DNA of 64,000 nucleotides, from positions 87,132 to 151,131 of the forward strand of contig NW_005434662.1 in NCBI RefSeq assembly GCF_000315625.1, given 5' to 3'. The stretch comes from Guillardia theta CCMP2712 (taxonomy: Eukaryota; Protista; Cryptophyta). The translations under genes and the position numbers were made by a program. This document shows positions 9,823 through 25,600 of the stretch, piece by piece (positions within the stretch are counted from its first letter, which is position 1; every line of letters begins with the position of its first letter). The notes under the pieces were generated by a model. The model did not search any database. It saw only the letters and a list, made by a program, of their open reading frames with translations, and had not been told where the DNA came from.

Positions 9823-12800
9823 CATGACCAGCTCATCGTCCGACAGCGAAGACGAGGTATGTTTGGCTGCAAGAGCTCGTGCACTTGGAGTGAAAATGGT
9901 GGCAGGCCAAGGACACCAAGCAATCGCCAACTGGTAGTATTTCTATCCTCATACTTGGTCATATGCATCGTTGTAACGATCTTGTTTTGCTGCAATTCTT
10001 TCTGCTTCTTTGCACTACCTGGTCACTCAAGAAGAGGTATGCCCGCCAGGTCCAGCGCAGAGACGTCTGACCATGATCAACTTCAGGCGCCTCGTCCCAC
10101 ATCAGGAGGAAAAACGCTCAGCAAAGGTGAGAACAGTGAGCTTTGACTTCCTGCTCGTGAGCTCACCTTGTTCTTCCTCGACAGAGGGGCAGAGACCGGC
10201 CGTGGTGAGCGAGCGAGAGGTCAGAGAGACGCAGGGCTGATGCGATGGAGCAGGAGAACGACAGCTCGTCCGACAGCAATGATGACGATGAAGAGAGCAA
10301 GCCAACAAGTGAGATGATGGTGATTCTTGTATCTCTCTGACTGACAGCTGTGTTCTCCGTCCTCCCTCGAGCAGAGAGGAAAGTTGCTGAGTCGTCTGAA
10401 TCGGAAGCGGAAGATTCTGGAAAAGCGGGCAAAGATAGCCATGCTGACGACTCGCGGGATGCGGCATCGAACGAGGACGAGCGGCAAGATGGTCGAACTG
10501 GATTGAGCAGCGAATCAGAATCTGAAGACGATGGAGGAAAGAAGGATGAAGAGGCTGAGAGGCAAGGCATGACCACCAAGAGCTCGAAATCAGATCGACA
10601 CAAGCTCAGCGATGATGAAAGCGACCATGAGGAAATGAAACGCTCGGAGAGGTGACCCCTCCAAATTTGATGCTGCCGATGCGTTCCCTCCCCTCCCTTG
10701 TTTCAAGCATCTCTATTATACTGAGAACGGATTCTCTCAGGGCCAATGACGATGACGCTGGAAAGGCGTCTGAGGCCTCCAAGGGACATTACGGTCGTTC
10801 GGGCCTCAGCGATTCTGATTCTGATGAGGAGGAGGTGAGCGCGAGACTTGATTGGAACTGGTGAGGCAGCTGCGACCTGACGGATGAAACAGGCGAAAGG
10901 GAAGGGAGACGTGGAGATGGGGGAACGGGGTGAGCGATTAAGGTGAGGAGGTTGTCAGGCTGACAGACCGGCAGCGAAAGTCAGCATGAAAGATGTGTTC
11001 GGTAACGGTGCGCAACCGAATTATTGATCACCCTCTACCCTTCTTGACTTGGCAGCAGATGAGTCGGATGAGGAGGAGGAATCTTCGAACAAGGTCCTCC
11101 CCCCTCCTCCTCCCTCCTCCTCGTTATCCTCCTTCTCCTCCTCCTCCTCGTCCTTCTCTTCGTTATCCTCCTCGTCGTCGCCCTTCTCCGGCTCTTCCTC
11201 CTGCTCCTCGCCTCGTCGAGTCTCTCTGTCTCTTGTCTGATTCGCACCTGGGCAGATGAAGGGGCAGCGAGTGATGCTGAACAAGGAGACGGGAAAGCTG
11301 GAGCGCGGGCCAACGGTGAGGACGGAGGAGGAGGAGGACGAGGGGAGAGCAGAATGTTGCTCATAGTGACTCAGGTTGATGCTCCCGAGCATGCCATGAG
11401 GAACATGGGAGACTCGATGAGAGAGGTCTAGTCTGTCCTCTCCCTCGCCTGTGCTCTTACCGCAAACCCTTGCTTCAGTCGTCTAGCGCTCTTCCTTCCC
11501 TGCGAGACCTTCACGCGACGATGCCTGGTAGTACTTTGGCCGTTGGGTGACTGACTGAAGGAGCTCGCAGAACTTCCTCGCCCTGATGACGGGGCTGTCT
11601 TGTACTACATGAGGGTCTCCAAGCATCTCCAGTTTGAGGTCTCTCGCCCGCCCCTCCCCCCCCCCCTGAAGCTGCTGCAGCCATACGCGTTCGGCTCCGT
11701 CGAGTCAGAGGAAGTGAGGATCAGGGAGAGGAAGGACAACGTCAGGTTAGATGAGAGCCTATCTCCTTGCGCTTTCCTGTCTGTTCCAACTTTGTCATCC
11801 GCATCCTCTTGCTTTCCCTCCTCCGCTTCTCCTGCCTCTTCTGATTTTCTTTGTGCAGCGAAAACATGGTGAGGTGGCGGAGTGTCGCATCCGATGGCGA
11901 CGAGAAACGGGAGGCAGCGAAGGTGACACTTGTCGCTCCCAACTGTTGCTCACGGCTTGCAGGAGTCAAACGCGCGATTCGTACAATGGTCGGATGGTTC
12001 CCTGACGCTTCATGGTAGGCACGAAGAATAAGATGCCATAGAGACGAGAATGATGAGATGGTGATGGTGATGGTGACGATGATGATGTGAGATAATTATG
12101 ATGATGATAGAGATGATTCAGATGATAGAGCATGGAATGCCGTAAAAGTCGATGATGAGAATGCGAACGACAGTGGTTAGAATATTTTCGCTGACATTTC
12201 CGATCAGTCGGAGAGACTGTCTTGCAAGTGAAGAAGGAGCCGTTGAAACAAGTTGGTCTAGTTCGGAACATTTTTGCGCACCTGACAACAACCGGTAGAA
12301 TATGCATCACCTCTTTGTCAAGCACGAAGCTGCTCGAGAAACAGAAACAGACGAGCGACTTGCCATCGGTGAGGAGCGCAGGATCGAGGAGGAGGAGGAG
12401 GAGGAGGAGGAGACAAAGGTTGTGATGCTTTGCTTGCAGTCGAGGCTCACGGAGTGATGCAAAATCGACTTGTCTGCGTTCCGTTTACCAAATCAGCGGC
12501 AACGAAACAGGTGAAAGAGGAGGAAGGAGGAATCGAGAAACGAGGGCGTGGAGGATGAAGGAGAGAGGGAGAGGAAGAACGACGGAAGCTGATCAGCTGG
12601 TGTTGTGTACAGATCTTTCGCAGTCTTTCCAAGATGGCGAACGTGAAGGTTGGGAGGCGTCAAGGGAGAGAAGACGTAGTTGACTACGAGGTTTTAGGTC
12701 GACAAGTCGGACCTCTTGATCAAGAAGCAGGTGAGAGCAGGTTGCTTGGCCCTCGTGCAGTCCTGAGACTTATGGCAGATCGACGAGAACGAGCAGAAAG

Positions 12801-13291
12801 CTCTGCTCGGGCAGAAGGAGACGATGCGTATCCGCCAGCAGGTGAGCTCGAGCTCTTTTCTGCTACCTCCTTGTGACCTGTGACTGCAGTCGAGGAGAGA
12901 AGGCCTGAACCGACGGTCCCCCCTCCCCCCCCCCTCCCTCCTCCTTACTGTTATCCCCAGACGCGGAGCGAACGCGGAGATGACTGAAGAGTTCCTGGAG
13001 TCCGAGGACGTGGGAGGTGACGCCCTGCCTCTGTGCTAGGAGGAGCAGAGCTCTCATCGCTTCGCAGGAATGGTCCGCGCGTTCCGAAGCAACAAGAGGA
13101 AGGCAACGAACCCGGAGGTGCGCGAAGAGGACGAGGAGGAGCAGGAGGAGAGGAAGACAGATAGCTGAATTGTTGTTTTTCAGGCGCTACAGCGTGCGAA
13201 AGCTAGCTCGAGCAAGCGAGCTCGCTCGGATTCTGAATCAGAGGTAACGGCAGCTGCGGCTGCAGCCGCCAGGTAGTGACGAGGATGATTA
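9823..13291 (+). CDS. LEO1: RNA polymerase II-associated protein LEO1 (Paf1 complex), many exons
   Basis: Long S/D/E-rich N-terminal exons, then LYYMRVSKHLQFE|PYAF, ECRIRWRR and ESNARFVQWSDGSLTLH (11963-12013), which matches the Leo1 signature IRWR...ESNARIVKWSDGSMSLH; later VMQNRLVCVPFTKSA. Start and end approximate. Confidence 0.8.
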
Positions 13292-13399
13292 GGAGAGCAT
13301 GAGCAGTAGCAGCTCGAGCTCCAGCGACGGCGCTCGAGGACGCGCCGCCCCCTCCTCTTCCTCCTCCTCCAGCGGTGAGTCTTGCTGTTGCGAGCTGCG

Positions 13400-16300
13400 A
13401 CTGTGAACGAAGCGCCATGCAGACGAGGAGCCGGTAGCAGTGAAGAAGACAAGCGCGTCGGTGAGTGGGAGGAGGAAGATGCGTCAGCCTTGACACGAAG
13501 CTCGCAGAAGAAGAGCCTCGAGGACAGTGAGGATAGCTCTTGAACTGCTCCTTCCTCATCAAAGTCGGCGTGTCCTCAACGCCGATCGGTTCCTCCTCCA
13601 ATCCAGCCTCCCCCCCGCCTCCTCCCGCCTCCCGCCTCTCCTTCAGCCTTGCTGCTGCTTTCGCGTGGACGCTACAGTCATGCGGCCATTCTACTATAAC
13701 GCATGGGGGAAGGGAAGGAGGGCGTCAAGGAGGGTTGAGCGAGGAGCAGCAAGTTGATCCACTCGAGGTTATACGAGGATGAGAGTGGGCAAGAGGGGGG
13801 GGGTGCAGAAGAGGTGGAAAATGCTCTTGTACTACACAGAGAACCATGTGAGGGGTAGGAAGGAAGAGAAGAGAAGAGAAGAGAGCATCAGGACAGGGCA
13901 GGGGAGAGGAGGAGGGTGGACGTCACAATTCATCCAGGGGCCTCGAGCTAGTCGGGCTCGACGTTGCTATCCAGTACCTGAGAGGGGAAGAGGAGAGGAG
14001 GATCAGTGAAGAGAAGTGATAAGGCGAGGAAGGGCTACCGGTCTTTAGAGGAGATCTCAGGTGGGAGCGTCAAGATTTTTGAAGTTACCTTCATCCTCAT
14101 CCTCCTCTTTTCCGCCTGATTGTCCGTCACCACCACCAGCCCTTCTCTTCTCTCCCCTCGCTCCTCCCCCCAACCTCCAAAGTACCTCCTCGCTCCTTTT
14201 CTCCTCTTTCCCCCTCTTACCTCATCCTCATCTCCCCCTTTCTCAAAACATTCCAAGTACCTCCACCTCCTCTCTTCCCCTTTCCTCCTCCTCCCATGAT
14301 CCTCCCAACGAGTTCACCTCGAAGTCTCTCCTCGCCTCTTCCACGAACTCGTCGTTGTCGATCCCTCCCCACGTCACATGAAAACTGCAGGTGGAGAATG
14401 AGAGGAGCATGAGGTGGAAGTCTCACCCGAGCATGACGGAGGAAAAGAGCGGGAGGAGGGTGCGGAGAGGATCTCTCGATTCCCTTGGAGCCTCGGCAAG
14501 CGACCACATACCGATGAAGCAGGAGCGAACCGCCTGACACGCACACGCTCACCTCACCCCCAACCCTCGCCGCTCCTCCTTCACCTGCTCCTCCAGCTCT
14601 CTTAGCGCGTCCGCGAGATCGCGAGGGTTCACTGCGATGTAGACCCCCTGCACCCCTAGAGGAGGAGAAGAAACGAGGTTAGGGGCGGGGAAAGAAAGTT
14701 GAGGAGGCCAGCGGGGAACGGAGGGAAGGAGAGAGGACGGGAGCGACAATAGGAGGAGGGAGATGGGGAGACAGGCGGGAAGACAGGAGGGAGAACGGGA
14801 GCAGAAGAAGGAGAGGGAGTGCGAAAGGGCCTGGCAGCATGGAGAGCTGGGAAGCGGAATGCTCGGATTTCACCCTGGGAGAACTTGGAGAGCTGCTCAG
14901 GGAGCATGCGAACTTCATCTGGAGAGGAGCAGTGACTTCAAGCAGAGCAGTCGCGCCGCCTCCCTCACGTCCATGAGCTTGCAAGTAGAAGGTCTGCACG
15001 CGAGCGAAGACCGGGAGGTCGAAGATTAGGTACCTGCCCTTGAAACCCGCTGATAGGAGGAGGAGGCAGAGGCCTGGAGGAACTTCAGCAACGGTCGGAG
15101 GAAAGACTCCTCGGGCACATCCGTATCCTGCTCCGAACTCCACGATGAGATCTGAATCCTGCCGGCCAAAACGGTAAGAGGACGAGTTATGAGCTCGGAG
15201 GAAGAGGAGGGAGACGAGGAGGAGAAGGAGAAGGACAGGAGGAGGAGAATCGAGTAGTCGGCGTCTCACCTGCCAGAGGTATTTTTCAGCGATCATGTGG
15301 AAGAGATAAAGATGAAACGTCTGATGAACCTGCTCAGCTCACACGGTCAGGTGAAACTACGAGGATAGAGAGAAAGACCAAGTTCGACGAGGTTATGACG
15401 CCGCTGGAAGTGCAGAGTGAGACGGGAAGGAGGGGGTGAGAGATAGATCGACGGAGGGACAAAGAGACATCAGTCAGTCAGTCCTGCCTACCCCAACCAT
15501 GTCGTTCTTCACCTCTCGTCCAGCTGGCAGGTCGGGGGGCTACCAACAGGACTCTCAGTGAGGAGCCACTGCCAGACCTGAGCCTGCCGTGAGGGACGGG
15601 AGGAGAGGAGAAGGAGAGAGACGGACGTCATTCCATGCCGACGAGGACGCAAGGTATGCTACTTCCATCCCAAAGGTGTACGGCCACGAGGAAAACATAC
15701 CCTAACAGTAGATGAGAAGAGGAGAGGAGAGGAGAGGAGAGGAGAGGAGAGGAGAGGAGAGGAGAGGGGAGGGGGATTCGGAAAGTGTGTCGACCTGATG
15801 GATCCAAGGAGAGACAAGAGGATCGAGGAAGTTCCTCAAGAGTCTTCAGTCAGTCGCATCGAGATGCAATGCCACCATGAAACACCAGGAGCTGTGCGAG
15901 CTGAGGGACATGGCGGCACTGCCATAGCGAAGCATCAGCGCAAAAGCGCAAGAGGAGCGTTGTTGGATACCTCTGCGAGAAAGAATACCAGAGGTCTGTC
16001 GACAACCTCTTCTCCTCCGAGCCGTCGCTCAAGAAAGCGTAACTGTGACCAGCCTCATCACGAGCCCGCCCCTCTCGTCATACTCGCACGCTTCTCCCGT
16101 ACGATGGATCTTGAGCACGCCATCATGAAGCATCTTGGCAAGCACATGGTTGTTGTCTGAAGAGAGCTCTGGTTGAGTCAGCAAACAGGCGACTAGAAAC
16201 AAACCTGAGAGATCCTGAGCTTGGAAGAAAAGGTCATCGTCGACCTTAATCCTCAATTGCCTCGCCTCCATAACCTGCAAGATATCAAGGCAAGGGACAC

Positions 16301-16544
16301 ACTCTGACAAAGCGTGCAAGCATAACAGGCGCAAAATCAACCTCTTCGCTGTTGTATTCTCGGTTGCATCTGATGAAGTTGTCTTGGAATTTCTACACAA
16401 ACAGCTTCAGCGGTTCTTCACTGGCAACTTGAGCTCACTCGTAGGAGCTGCTCGTCCACGCTTCCCAGATGATCGAAGAGGCTCTGTTCAGAGAGACGCT
16501 GCCTACTGCTGCGAGCTGCCTCCTCCTCTCCCCAGGAGGAGCAG

Positions 16545-16577
<33 letters not shown>

Positions 16578-16591
16578 TTACCACTCAACAT
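13400..16591 (-). CDS. Putative sugar O-methyltransferase (class I SAM-dependent) with signal peptide, many exons
   Basis: ATG 16591 gives MLSGKLLLLLLLLLLFCSSWG (signal peptide encoded by a CAG repeat). Exons encode SSNL|VHQTFHLYLF, LIVEFGAGYG (SAM motif I, ~15120-15150) and GFKGRYLIFDLPVFARVQTFYL, typical of the putative sugar O-methyltransferase family. 3' end uncertain. Confidence 0.65.
15716..15770. repeat. (GAGGA)n microsatellite in intron
   Basis: Directly visible. Confidence 0.85.
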
Positions 16592-17092
16592 GGCGGACCA
16601 TGTTTCAATTTCTTTTTACCTTTTACAGTGGGCATGATCCGTTCCCAATGAAAATACAACACACGGCGACGCCGCGCCAACAAGTTAAATCAAGAAGCGG
16701 GGACGAGGGGCAAAGTTGAGTAATACAGAACCAAGGACAGCTGTCAGGCAGGAATGCAGACAAGAGATGGGGAGGGCAGGAAGAATGCAGGGGCGAGAAG
16801 AAATGAAGAGGATGAACATGCAGTGAAGCAGAGACTGAGATGAGTAAGAGCTGCGACAAACGATTCGAAGGCTTGAAAGAGGGATGAGGTTTGAGGGATG
16901 TTGATAGCATCTCCGAATTCTGAATTGGTAAAATCGGATTTCTATTGCCCGTTGGGCATGCATTGCATTTCAGAGACAATAATGAATGATCGATATTGCT
17001 AATTTGGAAGATAATTAAGAGTGATGTGTATTTTACGGTAACCTAGAAGCAATCTTGACTGTTCTTTGTTCTCTTCAGGCTGGTTGGTTGCT

Positions 17093-19387
<2,295 letters not shown>

Positions 19388-19687
19388 ATGGATGTCGTTG
19401 TTTAGACGAGGTCTCTCACGTATAAGAAAACATTGTCAAATCAGATGTGATTGACTTCCCTTCGACAATGTCACTTCAGTTCTACTCCCCTTCTCTTGAC
19501 ATGTCGCACTTCTAGCACCCGTACATGATTGTTTCATGCTCATTCCCTGACATGGCTCGAAAGTGCAAGCAGGCATTTGTTCCTGTCAGCGGAAAACAGA
19601 CAGGCAACGCCTTGCAGGGCTCTTTACGGAAGTTTTGAGCCCTGTCGGGCAATTAGGCCCGGAGCCAAACTCCATTAGCTCTCAGAA

Positions 19688-22600
19688 ATGGCAGGAGCAG
19701 GAGGGAGGCGCAAGGGCTCGACGAGCTCGCTACCACAGCTTCAGGAAGAAGGCTTGTCGCCCGATCCGTCCATGTACACCACCTTCACTTCCGATGTCTC
19801 CCGGCACTCCAAAACTCTCAGCGTGTCCAACTTGTCTGCTATCAGCAGCCCTTCCAGCGCTCGTTCCATCAACGTCTTCCGATACTTCATGTCTCCTCGC
19901 CCAGACTCTCCCAAGGTCTTGAGCATGCGCCATGACGAGGAACTGACGCCCCTGCAGGCCATGGGCAGCGCGTTCATAGGCGACGATTTCGAGGCCTCTA
20001 AGAGGCAGCAGAGGTTGAAGCTGCTGCTGCTCATCCAGTGCTGACGCTACGGCAGCACCAGCGAGGTCGGGGGGGACTGGGTTCAGCCGACCCCCAGCAA
20101 CCCACGAGACTTGTTCGACATCAGCAAGACGCAGACGCAGTCGATGCTGGGCAAGGAGAGGCGGTCTAAGGTCAGCCGGGGATCCAATGGGAGGAGAGGA
20201 AGAGGATGATTCTCATGCAGTTCCCCGTCTACAACAAGCAAAGGGCATCCACACCCTTCATGCCCAAAGGTGCGCCTGCTTCTCACTCTGTCTCGTCTCA
20301 TCTTGCCTCTTGTGTCAGCTCGGAAGCCGTTGAACCTCATGGAAGGAACTCTCAGGCGAGGTGACGGGAGCACCATGCGAGCCAGCCAATCGTAAGCGAC
20401 TCGCTCCCCTCCTGTGCCTTCAGCTCCTGACAGCTCGTCAGGGTCATCAAGCCTTCGCATCACAGGGAGCAGGCAGGTAAGCAACTCGACCGACTCGTTG
20501 CCCTGCCAACCTGGTGCTGCAGAGGCTCTCAGCTCAAGGAGGGAAGAGACTCATCGCTCGCTCCCCTACATCGTCGTGGATCCGATCGCCAACAAGAAGG
20601 CTGACCGGATCCTAAGGGCCATCAGGCATCATGACTACATCGTCCAAAGCCCGCAGCACAGCAAGGTGCCCACACGTGGAGATGCGCGAGCTGAGACTAG
20701 AACATGCAGGCTTACGCTATCAGCGAGCGAGGTTATGTCGAGAAGCATGACAGAGGGCTTGCAGAGTTTGAAAGCTTGTCTGACCTGGGCTTCAACATGA
20801 CATTGTATTCCCTTGCTTGCAAGGTGAGATTCATGTTTGCGAGAGATGTCTCTGCTCCATGTGACAGGAGACATCTCAGTTGCCATTATTTCGTCACTTC
20901 AAAGAATACAAAGCCTTTCGCTGGTGGGATAGAGCTCTGAGGAAGAGAAAGTTTCGAGATCGAATGGTAGCCCGCAATGATGAGGAGCATGAAGCGCTGA
21001 TGTGCGGCAGAGGCGAATAGAGAAGCTCTTCCTGCAGTCTCGTCGAGAGTATCTTGCATGCATGCAGCTAGTCAACGACGAGTGTGTCAAGGTCACTCTC
21101 GACCTGTCCGTCGCTCTCTCACTCGCTTCTTGCAGCTCAGCTTCAGCCTTCTTGACGAGGGGCCGCTGGTGCCTCACGCAGGTGCTGCTGCTGCTGCTCT
21201 CTAGCGAGGCTGATGCGAGGCAGGTCTGTCGCTAGAGAGCCTGACAGAGGAAGTGGGTCAAAGGCGGGAGACGGTAGAGGAAGCGGTTGAGAACCTCCGA
21301 CTGAAACTCTCAGGTGACGCTCTTGCCCTTGTCTGTCCTGACCTGCGGCCTCAGACTACCTCGAGAGCTTCTTCACCTCCATCTCCAGTCAGTTCGCCAT
21401 CTCAAAGCTGCGAGAAGTGTACAAGAGGAACAGGCGAGGCGACATCGAAGAGGCTATCAGCATCGCTTCCGAAGACATGCACTGCTTGGGCAGATTGTAC
21501 GCGCTTGTCGAAAACATTCTCTGTGAAAACGTCATTCGAATGAACATCAATGAGATCCAACGAATTGTCAAGCTGTTTCACAACCAAGATGGAGTGCTGC
21601 AGATGGATGCTTTCATGAAACTGGACCAGGAGATTGAAGTTGGTGACATCTCTGCTCTGCTTGTTGGGAAGCAACCAGCTGACTGTGTTGAGCTTGTAAC
21701 CATTCCATCTCTTGACCATGTAACAGAGAACTTGACGAAAGCACTTGATAGTTTGCACTTGAGTCTTTCCTATTCCATGAGGCCTTGCATACTTGACGAT
21801 ATAGACAGATTCATTGCAGAGGAGATATTCAGCAATTATTCCATGTACAAACCTTCTTTCGGCTCGACTGTCGTCAATTCCGTCGATTTCCTTTCGAGTC
21901 GTCAGGAGCTTTCGGATATTCTTGAGTTGTCTATGAAGCAAGTGTTTGCAAGCTGTCAGCAGATAGTTGGAGAGTTCAAACCGATCTTCGCCTTCCTCCT
22001 TCATCTCGATGCGGCCACTGCAAAGTTCCAGGAGAAGGTGGAGACGTTCGAGGTAGAAGTGGAGCACATCGTGCGATGGATCACCACCATCACCCGGCTC
22101 ATCTCCTCCGACGTCCCGTGCGGGTCCATAAGGCTCAAGTTTCGAAGGCTCAAGAGCTACTTGCAAGAGAAAGTGCAGAGAGACGTGATGGACAAGCGCT
22201 TCGACATCTTCTACAAGTTTGTTTGTGACTCCATCACCGAGTTGAAGCTGGTTGGAGGGAAGTTCACGCAGAGGCTGGACGTCAACGTGAAGAAGTTCGA
22301 AGACGTGGTGGACCTGTTGAGAGCAATGGAGGAAGTGGACGGAACGATGGAGGAGTACATCTCCCGGGTGTACTCCATCACGAGGATGCGGGAGACTGTG
22401 CTGACTCACTTCAACTTCACCTCCAAGGCTCTTGAGGATCAGAGCGGGAGGATCAACGTGCCGGTGCTGCAGGTAGCAGTGGCAGAGAAGATTCGAGAGG
22501 AGAGGCTGCAGGCGCAGTCGCGGTTCATGAACCGAAGAGACGCGTACGTCGAGCTGGTGCAGCAGGAGGTGAAGAGATTCCACAAGGCCTGCTCCGCTCT

Positions 22601-25600
22601 CCTCCAGAGTCTCAAGGCACCAGAGTTTCACGACCTCAAGTCTGCAGCTGAAAGCATCGCCAAGCAACTTGAAGCCAAGAGCAGTCAGGCTAAGGAGCTG
22701 CTGGCTCGCAGAGAGATGATCTTGTTTGCGGTGCGACACCTCAAGCTTTCAGTCTCTGACGACCAGGCTTCTCTCGAAGACGCTGAGAGCTGGATCGCTG
22801 CTCTGACGGCAGTCTGGAAGGTCTTGGCGAGTTGGAATGAGACGATGGAGAGGGTGATGAACACAAGCATCATGGAGCTGCAGGAGACGCTACAAGTCTC
22901 CTCCGTCGAGAGCCTCGTGGCGCAGGCTGAGCATGTCACCTCCTCCCACCCGTTTCTGCCAGTCACCATCAGGTTCACCCACGAGATCAGGTCCTTCCAA
23001 GCTCGATGGCAGGCGTTGAAGCCGCTGCTGGACTCGGCGATCACGAGCGACAGCCTGGAGTCGATCTTGCAGGGGAAGGGAGTGCGGATGTTGATGCCGA
23101 CCAACCGGCTGACGTTTGCCATGCTCATGGAGAAGAAACTGCTGGAGGACGACGAGCAGATCAGCAGCATCCTCAGCGCTGCGAGGAAGAAGGGGGACTA
23201 CTCCTCCAAGCTCGACCTCCTGCGCAAGTCCGTCAAGACCTGCAAGCTTCAGCTGTGCCGGGGCCAGGGAAACCTGTGGGTCAAAGACGCAGAGCGAGTG
23301 AGGACGCTGCTGCAAGACAATCAGAGCTTCTTCCGGTGGGTCAGCGAGATGAAACGCGGGGAGAAAGACCAGCTGTCAAACGTCTCTGAGCAGAACCTCG
23401 AGTCTCTCGCTTCCCTCACCCTCATCCACAAGTGCCAGGACCTCTGGTGCTGCTTCCGCATCCTCCGCCACGTCAAGAGCGACGAGCTGGAGCCCTTCCT
23501 CGAGGCTTTCCTGGGAGTGGAGGCTCTGTGGACGTCTTGCCTGGAGGATCTGGGGCACAAGACAGACATCATCTGGCTATCGGAAGTGAAGTTGGAAGAT
23601 CACCTGCGGATTCAAGAGATCGAGCAGAAGTTCCAGACCCTCCGGCCCTGCCTCGACATCCTCCACCGCATCATCTGCAAGCACTTCAGCAGACTTGTCA
23701 CGCTCAAGCCGAGAGAGGCAGTCAGCCTTTACGCCTTCTTCCTTGAGCCTGGTCCCTCCCTCCCTCCCTCCCTCTGCCGCAAATGCTTTCCGAACTTGAC
23801 GGGGATCGAACTGAAGGATGACTTGCAACCAGCGCGAGTGCATTGCGAAGACGATGAAGTCTTGGTCTTGGATGAAAGCACATGTCAACTCAACACGACA
23901 GATGTCAAGATAAGCAACTTCTACCACCAACTCAAACATGCCGTCAAGGTTGCAATCTTCCAGGCGGTAGAATCAATCTTACATTCATCCAATGTAGATG
24001 ATCTTTTCACAAATCACACATTGCAAAGCATCATGATAGCCATGAGGCTAAATTTAACGGAACATTACCGTACGAGTGGGAAAGAGGAACTAGAAAGTCA
24101 CATTCTTGATACCATGAAAGGTTTGGCGACATATCAGTCTGATGGCGAGGTGAGGAGAAGTTCGAGAAGAAAGGTTGCAAACTGCATGATGTTGCTGATG
24201 GAATGGAGGGACATGGAGTATCAAGACATAGCGGATCATCAGTTTCTCTATGGAATTGTTGACCAGCAGATTTCTGTGTCTTGCGGCAAGTACACCATCA
24301 AGTATTCTTTCAACTACGTCAACGAGCATGTCGAGGTCTTGCTCACCGCGAGCACCAAGAGGATCCTGCAGAAGATGTTTGCGAGCCTCAGCTCTCCCTC
24401 CCTCCTCTCCCTCGGCAGGGCAGCAGAGGGTGAGCGGCTGATCAGACGAGTAGCTTCCATGTGCGGGTGTAACAGTCACGTGTACGACTGCATCATGCAC
24501 GCCAAGACAGAAGAGCTGCTGGCCTGCGTGCGAGGGTCGATGGAGATGGAGGAGCTGGTGTGCCTGAAGCACGCGCACTTCCTCCCCTCTCCTTCCCTCG
24601 CAGCTCTGGCCAAGACGATCTTCCAAACATTGACATCTCCGTTGCAGACCCCAGAACCCTTCTCTCACCACGTGCGACCGCAGGTCTACCTGCTCTCTGA
24701 CCAGCCACTCTCCTCGTCAGCCTTGCCGATCGAGATGCGGGAGACGCTGAGGCCTGTGGACGGAGTCTGCTGGAGGCAGGACAAAAGGTTTCTCTTCCAC
24801 CTCTTCCTCAAGTCGTCAAACCCGCGCGTGCCCGACGTGGTGGTCAGCAAGATCGAGCAAGCTCACAGCCTGGTGCAGCTCCTGGCGATGGAGCAGGAGC
24901 GGCAACGAGTCAACATCAGATTCGTGAGAGTCTTGTGCGATGCAGTCGCCGCCAAGTGCCTCGAAGGCGCGACATCGCCGAGCTCAGAGGAGGGTCAGGT
25001 CGAGCTGGCGTTGAAGGCTTTCTTGCAGAGCTTGAGGCTCTTGTTGAGCACACAATCCTACGAGCGATGCTGCCTTGGCATTGAAGCAGCGATGAACTAC
25101 TCCATACCCGAGTCCAGCGATGCGGGGCTGTACGAGGGTATCAGGACATTGAGTGTAGAGGAGCCGTTTGCCTTCACAGAGACGTTTGTTGAGCGATGCG
25201 TCAGCTTATACCACTGCGTCACGTCGGATGTCAGGATGACTCTGCTCTCTGGGGCGACCAAGGCAGGCAAGACGACGAGCATGGAGGTGGTGAAGAAGAT
25301 GATGCTCTCGATGAGTCAGACCAATGACCGCAAGAGCTACGGGGGCTGCATCAGCACCACCGTCATGCCCTTCTCCTTCCCCTATCAAAGTCAATACTTC
25401 TCCCCCAGCTGCGGGCCACCTGGAGGGATCGAGAGCATGGAGGTGCTGCACGATTACATCAGTCGCTTTCTCGATCGCCCGGTGGACGAGAACTTTCCTA
25501 TCGAGAGCAGGTGGATGATCATCGATATGCCTTCAACGCTGCAGCTGGAGGTGTTGGCCGACGGTCTAGACCAGCACTGCTTCAGCAGAGACTTCGCGGG

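Noticed and set aside
11670-11910. Initial reading as an RRM protein (FGSVES..VR; HGEVAECRI)
   Set aside because: The adjacent ESNARFVQWSDGS exon identifies LEO1 instead.
21402-22739. 445-aa antisense ORF and other antisense ORFs over the dynein and NDH2 genes
   Set aside because: Shadow ORFs caused by sense-strand codon bias.
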